DNA of 64,000 nt from Monocercomonoides exilis PA203 (Eukaryota > Protista > Preaxostyla): positions 124,001 through 188,000 of the forward strand of contig LSRY02000012.1 in assembly GCA_001643675.2 (NCBI GenBank), in the 5' to 3' direction. Below the pieces are notes generated by a model, which saw only the letters and a list, made by a program, of their open reading frames with translations, was not told the DNA's origin and searched no databases. This document shows positions 53,135 through 64,000 of this stretch, in pieces (position 1 is the first letter of the stretch; every line of letters starts with the position of its first letter). Made by a program: the position numbers and the translations under genes.

Positions 53135-53863
53135 TCAAAGTTCATCATCTTCTTCATCATCATCGTCATCATCGCCTCCAAGTGATGCTTTCTGAATCAT
53201 TCTTCCACCACCAGGAGCTTCTTCGCCTCTAAGATTTGCTTGAGCCCTTAGTCTCCGCTCTTCCTTTTTCTTTGCTTCAATTCGCTCTTGTGCAGTTTTT
53301 CTTCTTCGATTTGAATTTTTATTGTACCACACAAGCTCAATGTCATAAATAAGAGTAGCATTACCTTTTAAAAATAAATTTGAAAAGAAAAAGCTACGCA
53401 ACAACAAAGCAAACCTGGTATTGATCCAGGAATTCCTTTTTTTCCATATCCAAGCTCGGGAGGAACCGTAAGTCTGCGCTTTTCCCCAGGACACATTCCA
53501 ATAAGCCCTTCTTCCCAACCTTTAAGAACTTTTGTAAACCCAAGATAAAACTCGTAGGGTTGTGCTCTCTCAAAAGAACTATCAAAAACTCTATCATTTG
53601 TATAAAGACGTCCAGTGTAATGAATCTTGGGGGATAAAATTCAAAAAAGAAGAGTATTTGTTATATGAAATTCAATTAAGAGAATTTAAAAAAGGACAAA
53701 CTCCCACTTTATTTCCAAGTTTCACTCCTGGCTCGCACTTCTCTCCTTCCTGAAGAACTTCAATTTGAAGCTCAGAAGGAGGAGGAGGCTTCAATTTTGT
53801 TGAATATGGATTTGCGTCTCCAAGGCTTAGTGCTAGTAAGTTTACTAAAACAACAAAAAGCAT
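53135..53863 (-). CDS. Secretory-pathway FKBP-type peptidyl-prolyl isomerase (FKBP2-like); exons 53863-53702, 53625-53415, 53364-53135
   Basis: Signal peptide MLFVVLVNLLALSLG; spliced core VGIHYTGRL...VFDSSFER.QPYEFYLG...VLKGWEEGLIGMCPGEKRRLTVPPELGYG..GIPGSIPGNATLIYDIEL; C-terminal DDEL. Confidence 0.92.
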
Positions 53864-53953
53864 GAAAAATCACAAAAACATAATTGATTCCCATATTACT
53901 ATACAAAAGACAAAACAAGGATCACAAAACAAACAACCACAAGCCAAACAAAA
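53864..53953. promoter_or_regulatory. Putative bidirectional promoter (90 bp between divergent ATGs)
   Basis: The FKBP ATG at 53863 (-) and the CCT4 ATG at 53954 (+) face away from each other. Confidence 0.5.
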
Positions 53954-56179
53954 ATGTCTGAATTGTCTCAAACAGGAGCAGATAAAAGCACAAAAGCCGA
54001 GAGCGTTCTTGTCAGTAATATGCTTGCGGCTATTGGTTTGCTTATATTCTTCGAGAGCCTCAATTTACAAAAATAATCTTTCCAAATATTATTCTTCTTT
54101 TTATGATTGATTTCACTTTTTAATGATATTTTTTCACAAATACAGGTGTTTCTGACACTGTCAGAACGTCGCTCGGCCCAAGAGGAATGGACAAAATGGT
54201 TTGGATTTTAAACTAAATACATTTTTTTATTGATGTTTTTCATTTTCATTTTCTTTTTATATTAGATAACAGGAACATCAAAAGAGACAACTATTACTAA
54301 CGACGGAGCAACCATCATGTCCGAACTTCAAGTTCTTCATCCATGTGCAAAAATGGTTCGTAATTTTTTCACAATATACTTCCTTTTTTGAAATTTTTGA
54401 AATACTTTTTGTTTGTTGCTCTAAAGTTTGTTGAAATGTCAAAAGCTCAAGATGTGGAAGCAGGAGATGGTACAACAACTGTTGTTGTGATGGCAGGCTC
54501 ATTGTTGCAACAAGCTCACAGATTGGTTCAAAAAGGTATTTATCATAATAACTTTTTCAATTTGTTGAATGTCTAAAATTAAAATTAACTTTAGGAATTC
54601 ATCCCAATGTTATATCCAGAGCATTTGGAATTGCTGTAAATCAAGTGGAACCAGTATGGAAATGTTTTGATAATTTGATTTCTCATTGATTTTTTTTTCT
54701 ATTTCTTTAGATTCTCAGACAAATTGCTGTTCCAATAACGTTGACGGACAAAGAGATATTAATCCAAAATTGCGTCACATCACTGAGTTCAAAAGTGTGT
54801 TTATTCATTAGTTTTAAAAAGCCAAAAAAAAAAAACTTTTTTTGATTTGCTTTGTTAAATTAAAGATGGTAAGTGCAAATTCTGAGCAGCTTGCTGAGCT
54901 TGCAGTTGATGCAGTCTTATCTGTGATGGAGGAAATGCCAGCACCTCCCCCAATTCTTGCCTCGATGAAAGCTGAAGCAGAGTCAGCCTCTTCTTCTGCA
55001 TCTTCTTCTGTATCAACAAAATGCTTCAATGCTGATCTCAAAAGAGTGAAGCTTATTAAACAGCTTGGCACACCCGTCGAGGAATGCAAGCTCATCAAGG
55101 GATTGGCTCTCTCAGCATCTGTTTCACACGAGCCAAAAGCCAAAACAAAAGTCGAAAAAGCAAAGATTGCTTTGATCCAATTCTGCATTTCACCTCCAAA
55201 GACAGATATGGATTCAACTGTTGTTGTGAAGCAGAAAGAAGAAATCGACGCAATCGTCCGTAGAGAACGTAGCTACATTGTTGACATTTGCAAGAAATTC
55301 AAGGCTGCCAATGTTAATGTTGTCTTGGTTCAAAAATCAATTCTTCGTGATGCCCTGAGCGATATGGCGCTGTACTTCCTGGCAAAAGCGGGAATTATGA
55401 CAGTCAAGGATATTGAAAGAGACGATGTTGAGTTCATCTGCCGTGCAACTGGCTGTGTGCCAATTGCCTCACCTGATGAGATCAACGGAGTGGAAGGAGG
55501 AAAGAACGATCCATTTGGATATGCAGAGCTTGTGGAAGAAGTCCATCCCAAATCATCTTCTTCAATGGGAGCTGTGGCTTCATCGTACGTGCAATTCACC
55601 AACATTAAAGAGAAGCCAGGACATGAAGCAGGATCTGTTGTGTGTCTGCTGTGCTGTGCACCAAACAAGATGATGCTCGACGAAACAGAGAGATCTCTTC
55701 ACGATGCTCTGTGCGTTGCTCGCTCGCTTGTCAAGCGTCCTTATCTTATTCCTGGTGGAGGAGCTGCTGAGACAGAGCTGGCAGTGCAGCTGGGAGAATA
55801 TGCGAGAACGCTTTCTTTGCATGGCAGCGAAACAGACTGCGGAACAGGGCTGGATGCTGTGGGCGTACGAGCATTTGGAGAGGCTTTGGAGATGATTCCG
55901 TTAACTCTTGCTGAGAATGCTGGATTGCCTCCAATCACCGTCTTAACTGAGCTCAGAGCTATGCATCATGCAGCACATCACAGTGAAGAGGGAAAAGAAA
56001 TTGATGAAGAAACAAAAAAAGGAAAATATTTTGGAATAAATATTAGGAAAAATGCAATAGGAAACATGATGGAAGCAAAAGTTGTACAACCAATGCTGAT
56101 TACTCTCAGCGCAGTTCAACTTGCAACAGAAACTGTTCGTCAAATTCTTAGAATTGATGATATTTGTGCTGCTCGTTAA
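53954..56179 (+). CDS. CCT4: Chaperonin CCT/TRiC subunit delta; six short 5' introns
   Basis: [17 protein letters not shown]; ITNDGATI; [12 protein letters not shown]; delta-specific [30 protein letters not shown] and [13 protein letters not shown]; [12 protein letters not shown]; [11 protein letters not shown]. Confidence 0.96.
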
Positions 56180-56369
56180 TTATTGAACGACCACTTCAGA
56201 AGATACTACTTTTATCTTCACTTCTTTTTATTTTTTTATTCTTTAACCACTCGCATTTTACTCTATACACGCTAAACAAAGACTACAAAAATTTATTTAT
56301 CAATAAATACAATTATTTAGCGAAAATTAGAATTGATCATTCAAAAACCTTTATTTGAAATCACAGAAG

Positions 56370-57393
56370 ATGGTTTTGCTTCTAATTGTTATTTCTGTTT
56401 TGTTTTAAGTTTAATCATTATTTTATAATATTTAAGTCTCGCAGATACGATCATAGAACAACAACCTTTTCACCGGAAGGTTATTTTTACTTTTCTTTCA
56501 TTTTCAATTTGTCATTTTTCCGTTTTAACGTTTCTTTTTGTAGGCCGTCTTTTTCAAACGGAATACGCGATGGAAGCTATTAACCATTCTGGAGCAGCAG
56601 TTGGGATATTAGTACGCGATGGAATTGTCCTTCTTGGTGTTCAACACACAACAAATCAACTTCTTGAACCATCTGAAGAAAAAATGTTTAAAATAAATGA
56701 GAAAACAGCATGTGCTGTTGCAGGTTGGTTCATCATTAATTTTCATTTCAACAATTCTCTGAATTGCTTTTTTAAAGGATTGAATTCTGATGCTATTAAT
56801 CTTATTGATTATGCGCGCAGAGTTTCTCTTCAACACATGATGAAATTTGATGAAAGCATGCCTCTCGAACAATTGATTTCAATTGTTTGTGACTTAAAAC
56901 AAAGTTATACACAATTAGGAGGTTTTGAATCGACATATATTTGTTTAATAAAAAATTATTGTGTAATTTCTACATATTAGGGCTTCGTCCTTACGGTGTT
57001 TCTTTTATTATAGGAGGATGGGATGAGCATTACGGGTTCCAATTATATCTGACACAACCGTCAGGAATGTACGGAGCATGGAAAGCCACAGCAATCGGAA
57101 TGAACAGTAAAACATCTCAAGTTTGTTTAAGGCAAGACTACAAAGAAACAATGTCTATTGAAGAAGCTACTGTGTTGGGATTAAAAGCAATCGCCAAATC
57201 TTTAGATACTGCAAATGTCACAGCTGAAAAGTTGGAGATAGTGCAGATTACAAGAGATGCTCATCGACGCAAGGAAGAGCAAATTATTCAAAAAGTTCTC
57301 ACAAAGGATGAGATTACTGCACTTATAGAAGCTAACAAAGATGTGATTGTTCGTCGTGATGAAGATGAAGAAGAAGAAGGTGGGGAATACTAA
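56370..57393 (+). CDS. PSMA4: 20S proteasome subunit alpha-3 (PSMA4/PRE9); exons 56370-72, 56437-79, 56544-723, 56778-921, 56981-57393
   Basis: Spliced [64 protein letters not shown]; GWKA-like GAWKATAIGMN. Confidence 0.95.
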
Positions 57394-57814
57394 ATGAATC
57401 TTTTTTTCAGTTGCACCCTAACCTAGTTTAATGCTTGTATTGTTTCTATCCGCTTTCCACTTCATTTCTGCCACTTTCTTTGGCAATTCTCTTCAGCTCT
57501 TATCTCTCCAAAACACAATTAGCGATATATCATTTTTGCTATTTAGATGACGAATTTATTTTATTTTTTTTTAAATTAAAACATTTAAAAATTACAAATA
57601 ATCAATGATACTTCAATCGCATCTTAACACAAATTTCAATCAAACAAATGCAACGAAAATAATATGCATTAATCTCAATGTGTATAAAGGAACTAACAAT
57701 GAATTACAAACTACCAAAACAAAAGGAAAAAACAAATAATGAATTGGGTGCTATTGAAACGAACGGAATTATACAGAAGAGAGAAGAATAAAAAACTAAT
57801 GTCGAATCAAAGAA

Positions 57815-60800
57815 TTACTCCATCGTCTGAGGACGAGGCTCGCAGAGCAACGCAACACCGCGCAGGACCCAGTGATTTGGACGAAGTGCTGAAGGAAGTG
57901 AGACTGGAGTGATAAAGTTTGTGGAGTGGCCAGTGGTGGAGAGAACACCGTACCTTTGGGCTGTTTTGTAGAGCGGGGCAATGTAAGTCTGCATGCTGGC
58001 TGATGTGGAGCAAGGAGAGAGATTGGGAGTACCGGAATGTTGCTCCTGCTGCGGCAGGAAATGAATGATTGGCATTGCAGACGACATCTCTCCCCTCAGC
58101 CCTTCTGCCAGCTGCATCCTCTCTTTGTCCCATCTGGCTCCTTCAATGAACAACCCACTGACATAAACACCATCGGCAGGTCCATCTTTGAGGAGCCTTG
58201 TGTCTTCGTTTTTCCTCGAATACCTCTTCTTTTTAGAGAGCACTCGCTTCATTCCGCCTTCATCGATGTATTTATCTTCTTCTGATTCTCCTTCTTTCCT
58301 CTTCTCATCGTCTGGAGAGTCGTCCATCACTCGATGAATGAAATGTAGCGTGTCTATTGGGCAGTGCAGCTTCCGTGCAGTTGTCTGCATAACAGCAGTG
58401 AGAAAGCCCTGTGGGAAGAAGAACCCAGGCAGCCAGAACACGGTCGGCACTCCGTTCTGCAGCCAGTTGCGGAAGAAGGCAACACGCGCAATTAGATCGT
58501 CAATCCATTGAGAAAGGAGACGGAGCGAGGGATAAGCAGAGGCTGACCAAAGAGCAGGGACTTCGGATAAACGGATGGCAGAGTAGATCTCGTCAAGCTG
58601 CTTCGACATCACAACAAACCCTCCGATGGCTCTCTGCAATTCTGTCAGGGTTGATTTGATGAGTGAAAGCAAGGAGTTGAATCTGTCCATTTCTTGCGAT
58701 AGAATAATGGAAAGTGAATTCGGCTGGTCTGCTTCACTAGGTGAGGCTGGAGCAGATGATGTTGCCAAGTTAATGCCACTGGATATCGACTGCACAGGCG
58801 GAGGCAAAACTCCTTCTGCAGCTTCGTCGTGTGTCAGAAGATGAGGCAACTTCGCTAAGATGTCTCGTGTTTTGTTGAGCACATCCTCATCTGGATTGTA
58901 TTTCTTCTTGAATTGTCGAGGAATAAATGTTGTTCTGCTTGTTGTTGCTCCTCGTTGAAGCTTCGAAGAATCAGACGGTGTCAGCGGAGCAATGCTGACT
59001 GATGCTGTGGAGTTTGCGCCAGCGGTGCTCATCTGATCGAGCAAAGGAGAGGGCTGAAGGGATGGCACCTGTAGCAAACAAGGTGTTGCAGTGCGTGGGA
59101 CACCCGATGCTGTTGACGCAGACGCGGGAAGAGTAGCTGAAGAGGTGTACTGGCTGACATGCTTCTTGATAACTGGAGTCTGCACCGAATACACTGAGTT
59201 GTTTGAATTATCTGTAGGCTCTGCAGATACATTGGGCATCATCAGAAGAAGTGACTTTACCAATCGCTCCGTCTCAATCAATTGATAGGCCTGCTCTGCA
59301 TTTATGTGCATCCCGAACAGTTCAGGTTCATCGCTTGTCGGGAAGTTCTCAACGAACGCATACAAATGAGGAAGCACTTTGATGTCAGATGGCAGTGTGT
59401 ATGGATTGCTCGAAGGAGGAAGCTCAAAAGATGAAGGAGTGCCTTCTTGGCTCCTCTTCGATGCTAACGAGCTGTCTTCAGGAGCATCTTCATCCACACT
59501 GGGGCGATGTGTCCTATGAGGCGAGCGAAGGCCTGACGTAGACCCAGCTGAAGGCACAGATGTCAGATTATGGTGAGGATGCTTAACCAACAAAGCTGAT
59601 GATGAAGCAGAAGCAGAAGACGAGGAGCTAATTTCAATTGCAATTTCAGCCTCGAAAGGAGCCTCTTCAACGAGATCGAACTGCTTTCCAGGGACAACAA
59701 TAGACGGCTGGTAGAACTTGCTGAGAAGAGCAAGAAGTGTTCTCCTGTCCCATTCGTCTGTCACTCGCCCTCCATAGTTCACAGAGCCAGTCATGTAACG
59801 CAACGCTTTCCAGGGGATTTCTCCGCTGCTGCTCTGCTCGTTCAGATACATCCGCAGGTGGTTCATTGATATTTCGTAGTCGCTTTCGTTGAACTCGTAT
59901 TGAATGTTCCATCCCAACGCACCATACTTCTTCCTTTCCTGAACTAGCGCATGGAAGAATGTCAGCCCAATCAGCAGACGTCTCCAGCCAAAGCCTCGCT
60001 TTCCTGTGCATCCTGTCTCAAACAAACGTCCGTTTCCAGTTGAATTCAAAGAAGCGAGTGAACGGAGCATATTTGCTCGAACTCCTGCTGGTGGCTCATT
60101 CGTTAGTTTGATTCCATTCTGCAACACACTCACCGGAAAGGCAGATGTTGGCATAGCACTCAGCCACAAACGGAAGTTTGCAGGAGAATCGACATCAGTA
60201 TTTTGCTGCGAAGAACTAGAGGAGGTGTCTGAAAGGGCGTAGGACAAGCACACTCTCTCCAGTTCTGGCATCCAAGACGCAGCCAAATGACAGTTCTGCA
60301 GAAACACCCATTCGCCTTTCTCTCGTGCATTCTGAAGCAACCGCAGTGCAATTGGTCCTTGTCCTTGCCCAAGTGACAGCAAACGCAGTCTGTTCTCAAA
60401 TCCTCTTGATTGTGCAAAACGCACAACATGCTGTGTTGGATCAGCGCCTGTTGACAGAATGAATATGATTGGTGTACCAGATGTGCTGTCACGATGTGCT
60501 CGATCGAGATCAAGTGGTGGAGACTGGCTGAAGAACTCGCCAAGTTCCTCTTTCACATAATGTGTGATGCAATTTGTGAGGCGATGAGGAAGCAGCACTC
60601 GAACAAGGAGCAGACGTTGGAAACTGTTAAGCTTTTCCTGCCAGGGCGATGGAAGTTGTGATGCAACAGGAACAGCAGCTTCAATAAACGTAGTCCATGA
60701 AGTAGGTCGGAAATTTGTGTTCAAACTGAATTGGGAATCGCTGTTGACAAACTCTGTGTGAACAGATGCATTCGAAAGCAGCAGAGAAGCTGTTGAAGCA

Positions 60801-63800
60801 GTTGGCTTAAAAATACCATCAGCAGTCACCGACCTCTCTGTGTCGTCTGCAGATGTGTCTTCGTAAACAGAGTTCACCTCTCCTTCGCTATCATCAGCTA
60901 TCGACTGAGTTATTCCGCGCCACAAATCATCCCAGCGATCTTCCATGATACCAAGGTCAGCCCAGCATTTGGGTTCAATCACATCTGAATAAGGAATCAT
61001 CCGTCGCGATTTTTTGACTGTTAAAAGAGGAGTTGCTGCAAGTGGAGAGAATGCAGGCTCCTGCTGTGGAAGACTATTAACTCCGCGGAGAAATACACTC
61101 CACTCTGTGTCGTTGATTATACCTTCTTTGCGTTTAATTTGAATGGTGATGAAGAATGAGAACAATATCCTATGCTTTTCAAACAGGCCTCTGCAGACAT
61201 TCGAGTAAATTAATTCAGTCAACGTATCTTTCAGCGCAGTCAGTCGCACAGACAGCTTTGAGCTGTGCTGTGCCTCGTTCATAGCCAAGCGGAAGATGGA
61301 CACGAAATACTGGAGCGAATACTGATACATCGGATCCAGGAGTGCCAAATCGACAATCGCAAAATACAAAACTGCGCCTCTCACAGCCATTGGGCGATAT
61401 TCATTACGCGCTGCCTGCAGCTGAATTTCAGTCTGCTGACTCTCTTTCACACGCAGTGAGATTTCTGTTGATGTCTTCTTCGACTGGTCAAGTGTGAGGA
61501 TCAAAGCAGGATCGTCAAGAAGTTTTTCGACTGTTGCTTCTTTCATCAGCTCCAAAATCTGATCTTCTGTTTCAGTCAGCAGCTTGGCATCGGCTGCCAT
61601 GTCACGAACAAGTTTGTCTTTTGCTTCTTCAACTTCTTCCTTTTCGTGCGCAACCACCCTCGCAAGCAGCTGCTCCTCCAAACCATCTTGAGTCACTGTG
61701 AAGTTGATGATTGTTGTGTTAATGAACATTTCAGGGAGATAATGTGGATTTGAAAGCTTTGTTGTAATAAATAGCTTGAAATTAGGATGTACATCGATAT
61801 CCTGATCGTTCAAGTGGATGATTGTTCTGCCTCCTTGTTTGGTTGTCTGCTGTCTCAGCAAAGGCGCAAGTATTGGATCCAACGACTCCCCGACATCTTC
61901 CAAAAGAACTGGCTGTCCAAATCGTATGGCATTTGAAAGCGTTCTCATAAAGTTCACTTCTCCCATCCGAAGCACTTTCAGCTTTCCTCTCTCTTTTGCT
62001 CGAATCCAACGGTTTGCTTGTGACTGCGGATCAATCATCAACGGCCATTTTCTTGTCTTGTTTGTAATAACACCGTTCTGAAGAGACAGCAAGTCTGAGG
62101 GAAGACCTTGAATCATCCAATCGCGTGTCTCGACTGCTGAGGACAAGCTGTCTTCCAAGCTGAACATAGGACTTTCTTCTTGTTTAGTTAAAGATTCCGC
62201 ATCATCTTCATTGCCCACATATTCCACCGCTTCATCATCTTCATTTTCAGATGCCATTGCTGGCAAGCTCTGCATCTCGCATTCGTAAGTCCATCGTTTG
62301 ATGAGCTCCTTCCTTCGTTGTGTGTCAAATGGCCCAATATAAGCAAGGCATGCAGCAGAGATGATTGAACTTCCTAAAATATACACAGAAGAAGCAGAAA
62401 GATCCTTCAGTTTTTGCTCCCATCGCTCTCCTTCATCTCCCAGAGCATCCAACAATCGCTCTGCATTCGAAAATCTGTTTTGTGTTTGTGCAATTGCAGC
62501 TTCTGTTTGCATCTGCTCTTTCTTCTTTTCATCGAAACGTGCCTCCAACAGATTCAGCGCTTCTTCCAATTCTTTCAATTGCTTTCTCTTCTCATCCAAC
62601 TTTGCAGTCAAGTCATCAAGCTTTGCCTGCGCTTCAGCTGCGGCTTGCTTCTTCGGCTCGATGATTTTACTCACACGCGCAAATTCAATGATGGCAACCA
62701 CCCAAGCACAGATGTTTGCAGCAGCCTTTGAAACAGCCACCACTTTTTCTGGGTTGAAATCTGGATCATCCAAAAAAGTTGTTTGCATCCGCTTTCCCAT
62801 CGCAGCATCAATCTCGTTGATGTCGAAGTTCAGCAGCATCTGCACAAAGTTTGGCTGTGCCAGCAGTGCTCGAGCAGAGTCCCAGTCATTCTTTTTCCCG
62901 AACAATGTGCACACTGCAAACATCACCTTCTTCACAGCCTCTGGTGGATTAGCAAATGTACGCACTTCATTCACAGCTGCCTTCGAGAGAGACTCCAGCG
63001 CTTGTGTGGCTGCTTCAAACACGGGCGTAATCTTGTCCAAGTCCTGCTGTGCATCGTCTTTCAGCACTTGTGCTTTCTCCTGCTCTTCCTTCACAACAGC
63101 CTCTTCCTGTCTCACTTTGACTCGCACATCCTCCGTCTTCTCTCTTTCCAGTCCGATTGTCTGCATCAGCTCTGCAATCTGCCCTTTTTGCTTCACAAGC
63201 ATCGGCTCCATCTTCACCAACTCTTCCTGCATCGATGCAACAGACTCCCTCGTCTTCATAAGCGTCTTCAAACCTCCTTCATACTTCCCTTTTATTTCAA
63301 TCAATGAATCTGTCTTCTCCTTCAAAAGTGTGGCAAACAGCCCAACCATCTCCAGAAAGAGTGCAGGCGTTGAGTATATCTTCCTCTTTGTCTGTGCATA
63401 GAAGATGTCTGAGGCTTCTTCTGCTGAAGCATGAATGGTCACAAACACTGAAGCCACTCGCTCATGTAAAGGAGCCAATCCTCTTCGTTTGTGAAGAGGA
63501 ATATATTCTTCTGTTTGTATTGGAATTTCTATCTGAACTGGACGATTGCTTTGTCCACCAACACTTTCCGCTTCGTTCCCGCTGCTGTTGTGTGGAGTGA
63601 GACTGCTGTCATTCCCATTTTCTTTTCCAGCTTTCATTTTCTCTTTCTCTTTTTCTTTTTCTTTCTCAGCATTGACAGCAGCAGCAACAGCCACGGGGTC
63701 TGTTCCAAGAGGCGTATTATTCAGGAATTTCAATGCAACTGACCGAAGTGCTTGCTTAGGCCAGTTGGAGATCCAGTCGATGGTGCAGCAATTCACGAGC

Positions 63801-64000
63801 GAAGGGAACATTCTGCAGCGCGTTCTGAATGCGTCTCCCACAGGCGACATGCACAGCACAATGTGAAGTCTGTCGCGCGCTCTGTCCAAAATGCACTTCA
63901 GCGCAGCATCAGGAGAGTCTGGCACTTTGATCGTTTCTCTTCCAGACGCGGCGGCAGATGCAGCAGTCGACCGAAACTTTTTGATAACGGCATCTTTGTT
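57815..64000 (-). CDS. Axonemal inner-arm dynein heavy chain, DNAH6-like, C-terminal part (end of AAA4, stalk/MTBD, AAA5, AAA6, C-domain); 5' part outside the window
   Basis: LHIVLCMSPVGDAFRTRCRMFPSLVNCCTIDW; WPLMIDPQSQANRWI; TTKLSNPHYLPE; DPMYQYSL; SLGQGQGP; WVFLQNCHLAASWM; YGGRVTDEWD; FWLPGFFFPQGFLT; GVLSTTGHSTNF. Confidence 0.95.
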   Translation of the reverse strand, partial: NKDAVIKKFRSTAASAAASGRETIKVPDSPDAALKCILDRARDRLHIVLCMSPVGDAFRTRCRMFPSLVNCCTIDWISNWPKQALRSVALKFLNNTPLGTDPVAVAAAVNAEKEKEKEKEKMKAGKENGNDSSLTPHNSSGNEAESVGGQSNRPVQIEIPIQTEEYIPLHKRRGLAPLHERVASVFVTIHASAEEASDIFYAQTKRKIYSTPALFLEMVGLFATLLKEKTDSLIEIKGKYEGGLKTLMKTRESVASMQEELVKMEPMLVKQKGQIAELMQTIGLEREKTEDVRVKVRQEEAVVKEEQEKAQVLKDDAQQDLDKITPVFEAATQALESLSKAAVNEVRTFANPPEAVKKVMFAVCTLFGKKNDWDSARALLAQPNFVQMLLNFDINEIDAAMGKRMQTTFLDDPDFNPEKVVAVSKAAANICAWVVAIIEFARVSKIIEPKKQAAAEAQAKLDDLTAKLDEKRKQLKELEEALNLLEARFDEKKKEQMQTEAAIAQTQNRFSNAERLLDALGDEGERWEQKLKDLSASSVYILGSSIISAACLAYIGPFDTQRRKELIKRWTYECEMQSLPAMASENEDDEAVEYVGNEDDAESLTKQEESPMFSLEDSLSSAVETRDWMIQGLPSDLLSLQNGVITNKTRKWPLMIDPQSQANRWIRAKERGKLKVLRMGEVNFMRTLSNAIRFGQPVLLEDVGESLDPILAPLLRQQTTKQGGRTIIHLNDQDIDVHPNFKLFITTKLSNPHYLPEMFINTTIINFTVTQDGLEEQLLARVVAHEKEEVEEAKDKLVRDMAADAKLLTETEDQILELMKEATVEKLLDDPALILTLDQSKKTSTEISLRVKESQQTEIQLQAARNEYRPMAVRGAVLYFAIVDLALLDPMYQYSLQYFVSIFRLAMNEAQHSSKLSVRLTALKDTLTELIYSNVCRGLFEKHRILFSFFITIQIKRKEGIINDTEWSVFLRGVNSLPQQEPAFSPLAATPLLTVKKSRRMIPYSDVIEPKCWADLGIMEDRWDDLWRGITQSIADDSEGEVNSVYEDTSADDTERSVTADGIFKPTASTASLLLSNASVHTEFVNSDSQFSLNTNFRPTSWTTFIEAAVPVASQLPSPWQEKLNSFQRLLLVRVLLPHRLTNCITHYVKEELGEFFSQSPPLDLDRAHRDSTSGTPIIFILSTGADPTQHVVRFAQSRGFENRLRLLSLGQGQGPIALRLLQNAREKGEWVFLQNCHLAASWMPELERVCLSYALSDTSSSSSQQNTDVDSPANFRLWLSAMPTSAFPVSVLQNGIKLTNEPPAGVRANMLRSLASLNSTGNGRLFETGCTGKRGFGWRRLLIGLTFFHALVQERKKYGALGWNIQYEFNESDYEISMNHLRMYLNEQSSSGEIPWKALRYMTGSVNYGGRVTDEWDRRTLLALLSKFYQPSIVVPGKQFDLVEEAPFEAEIAIEISSSSSASASSSALLVKHPHHNLTSVPSAGSTSGLRSPHRTHRPSVDEDAPEDSSLASKRSQEGTPSSFELPPSSNPYTLPSDIKVLPHLYAFVENFPTSDEPELFGMHINAEQAYQLIETERLVKSLLLMMPNVSAEPTDNSNNSVYSVQTPVIKKHVSQYTSSATLPASASTASGVPRTATPCLLQVPSLQPSPLLDQMSTAGANSTASVSIAPLTPSDSSKLQRGATTSRTTFIPRQFKKKYNPDEDVLNKTRDILAKLPHLLTHDEAAEGVLPPPVQSISSGINLATSSAPASPSEADQPNSLSIILSQEMDRFNSLLSLIKSTLTELQRAIGGFVVMSKQLDEIYSAIRLSEVPALWSASAYPSLRLLSQWIDDLIARVAFFRNWLQNGVPTVFWLPGFFFPQGFLTAVMQTTARKLHCPIDTLHFIHRVMDDSPDDEKRKEGESEEDKYIDEGGMKRVLSKKKRYSRKNEDTRLLKDGPADGVYVSGLFIEGARWDKERMQLAEGLRGEMSSAMPIIHFLPQQEQHSGTPNLSPCSTSASMQTYIAPLYKTAQRYGVLSTTGHSTNFITPVSLPSALRPNHWVLRGVALLCEPRPQTME

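Noticed and set aside
57415-57423. ACCCTAACC, 1.5 telomeric repeats resembling a telomerase RNA template
   Set aside because: A 9-mer of this class is expected by chance in 64 kb; it lies in the PSMA4 3' UTR with no supporting structure.
62361-63401. Long antisense ORFs (346 aa opposite the dynein stalk; also 44724-45677, 12229-12954 and 40021-40665)
   Set aside because: These are shadows of biased codon use on the coding strand and have no protein-like features.
1-64000. Host-wide non-standard genetic code (TAR = Gln)
   Set aside because: Conserved genes end in TAA or TAG (CCT4, PSMA4, SYF1) and multi-kb ORFs contain no internal TAR.
1-64000. tRNA, rRNA or CRISPR arrays
   Set aside because: I recognised none; the tandem repeats seen are simple micro- or minisatellites, mostly coding.

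Overview
Gene-dense, AT-rich eukaryotic DNA using the standard genetic code, with short GT-AG introns (about 45-110 nt) and very long Ser/Glu/Pro-inflated proteins. The style suggests a flagellated protist such as the oxymonad Monocercomonoides; this is an inference, not a database result. Genes in order: LUC7 (partial, missed by the ORF track), XRCC3-like RAD51 paralog, a hypothetical gene, a ~7,300-aa LamG-PH-BEACH-WD40-FYVE (WDFY3/ALFY-like) gene, an accessory island at ~28.2-34.6 kb, a secreted coiled-coil hypothetical gene, SYF1/XAB2, a ~3,800-aa CRT10-like WD40 gene, an ER-type FKBP, CCT4, proteasome alpha-3 (PSMA4) and the 3' part of an inner-arm dynein heavy chain. The accessory island is the most unusual part. 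It holds a nonsense-inactivated Merlin/ISXO2 transposase followed closely by a 4.9-kb element with GGG...CCC terminal inverted repeats and ATAT flanks. That element has no recognisable transposase and is filled with decayed, truncated gene fragments in both orientations, so it is a candidate Pack-type (gene-capturing) non-autonomous DNA transposon.
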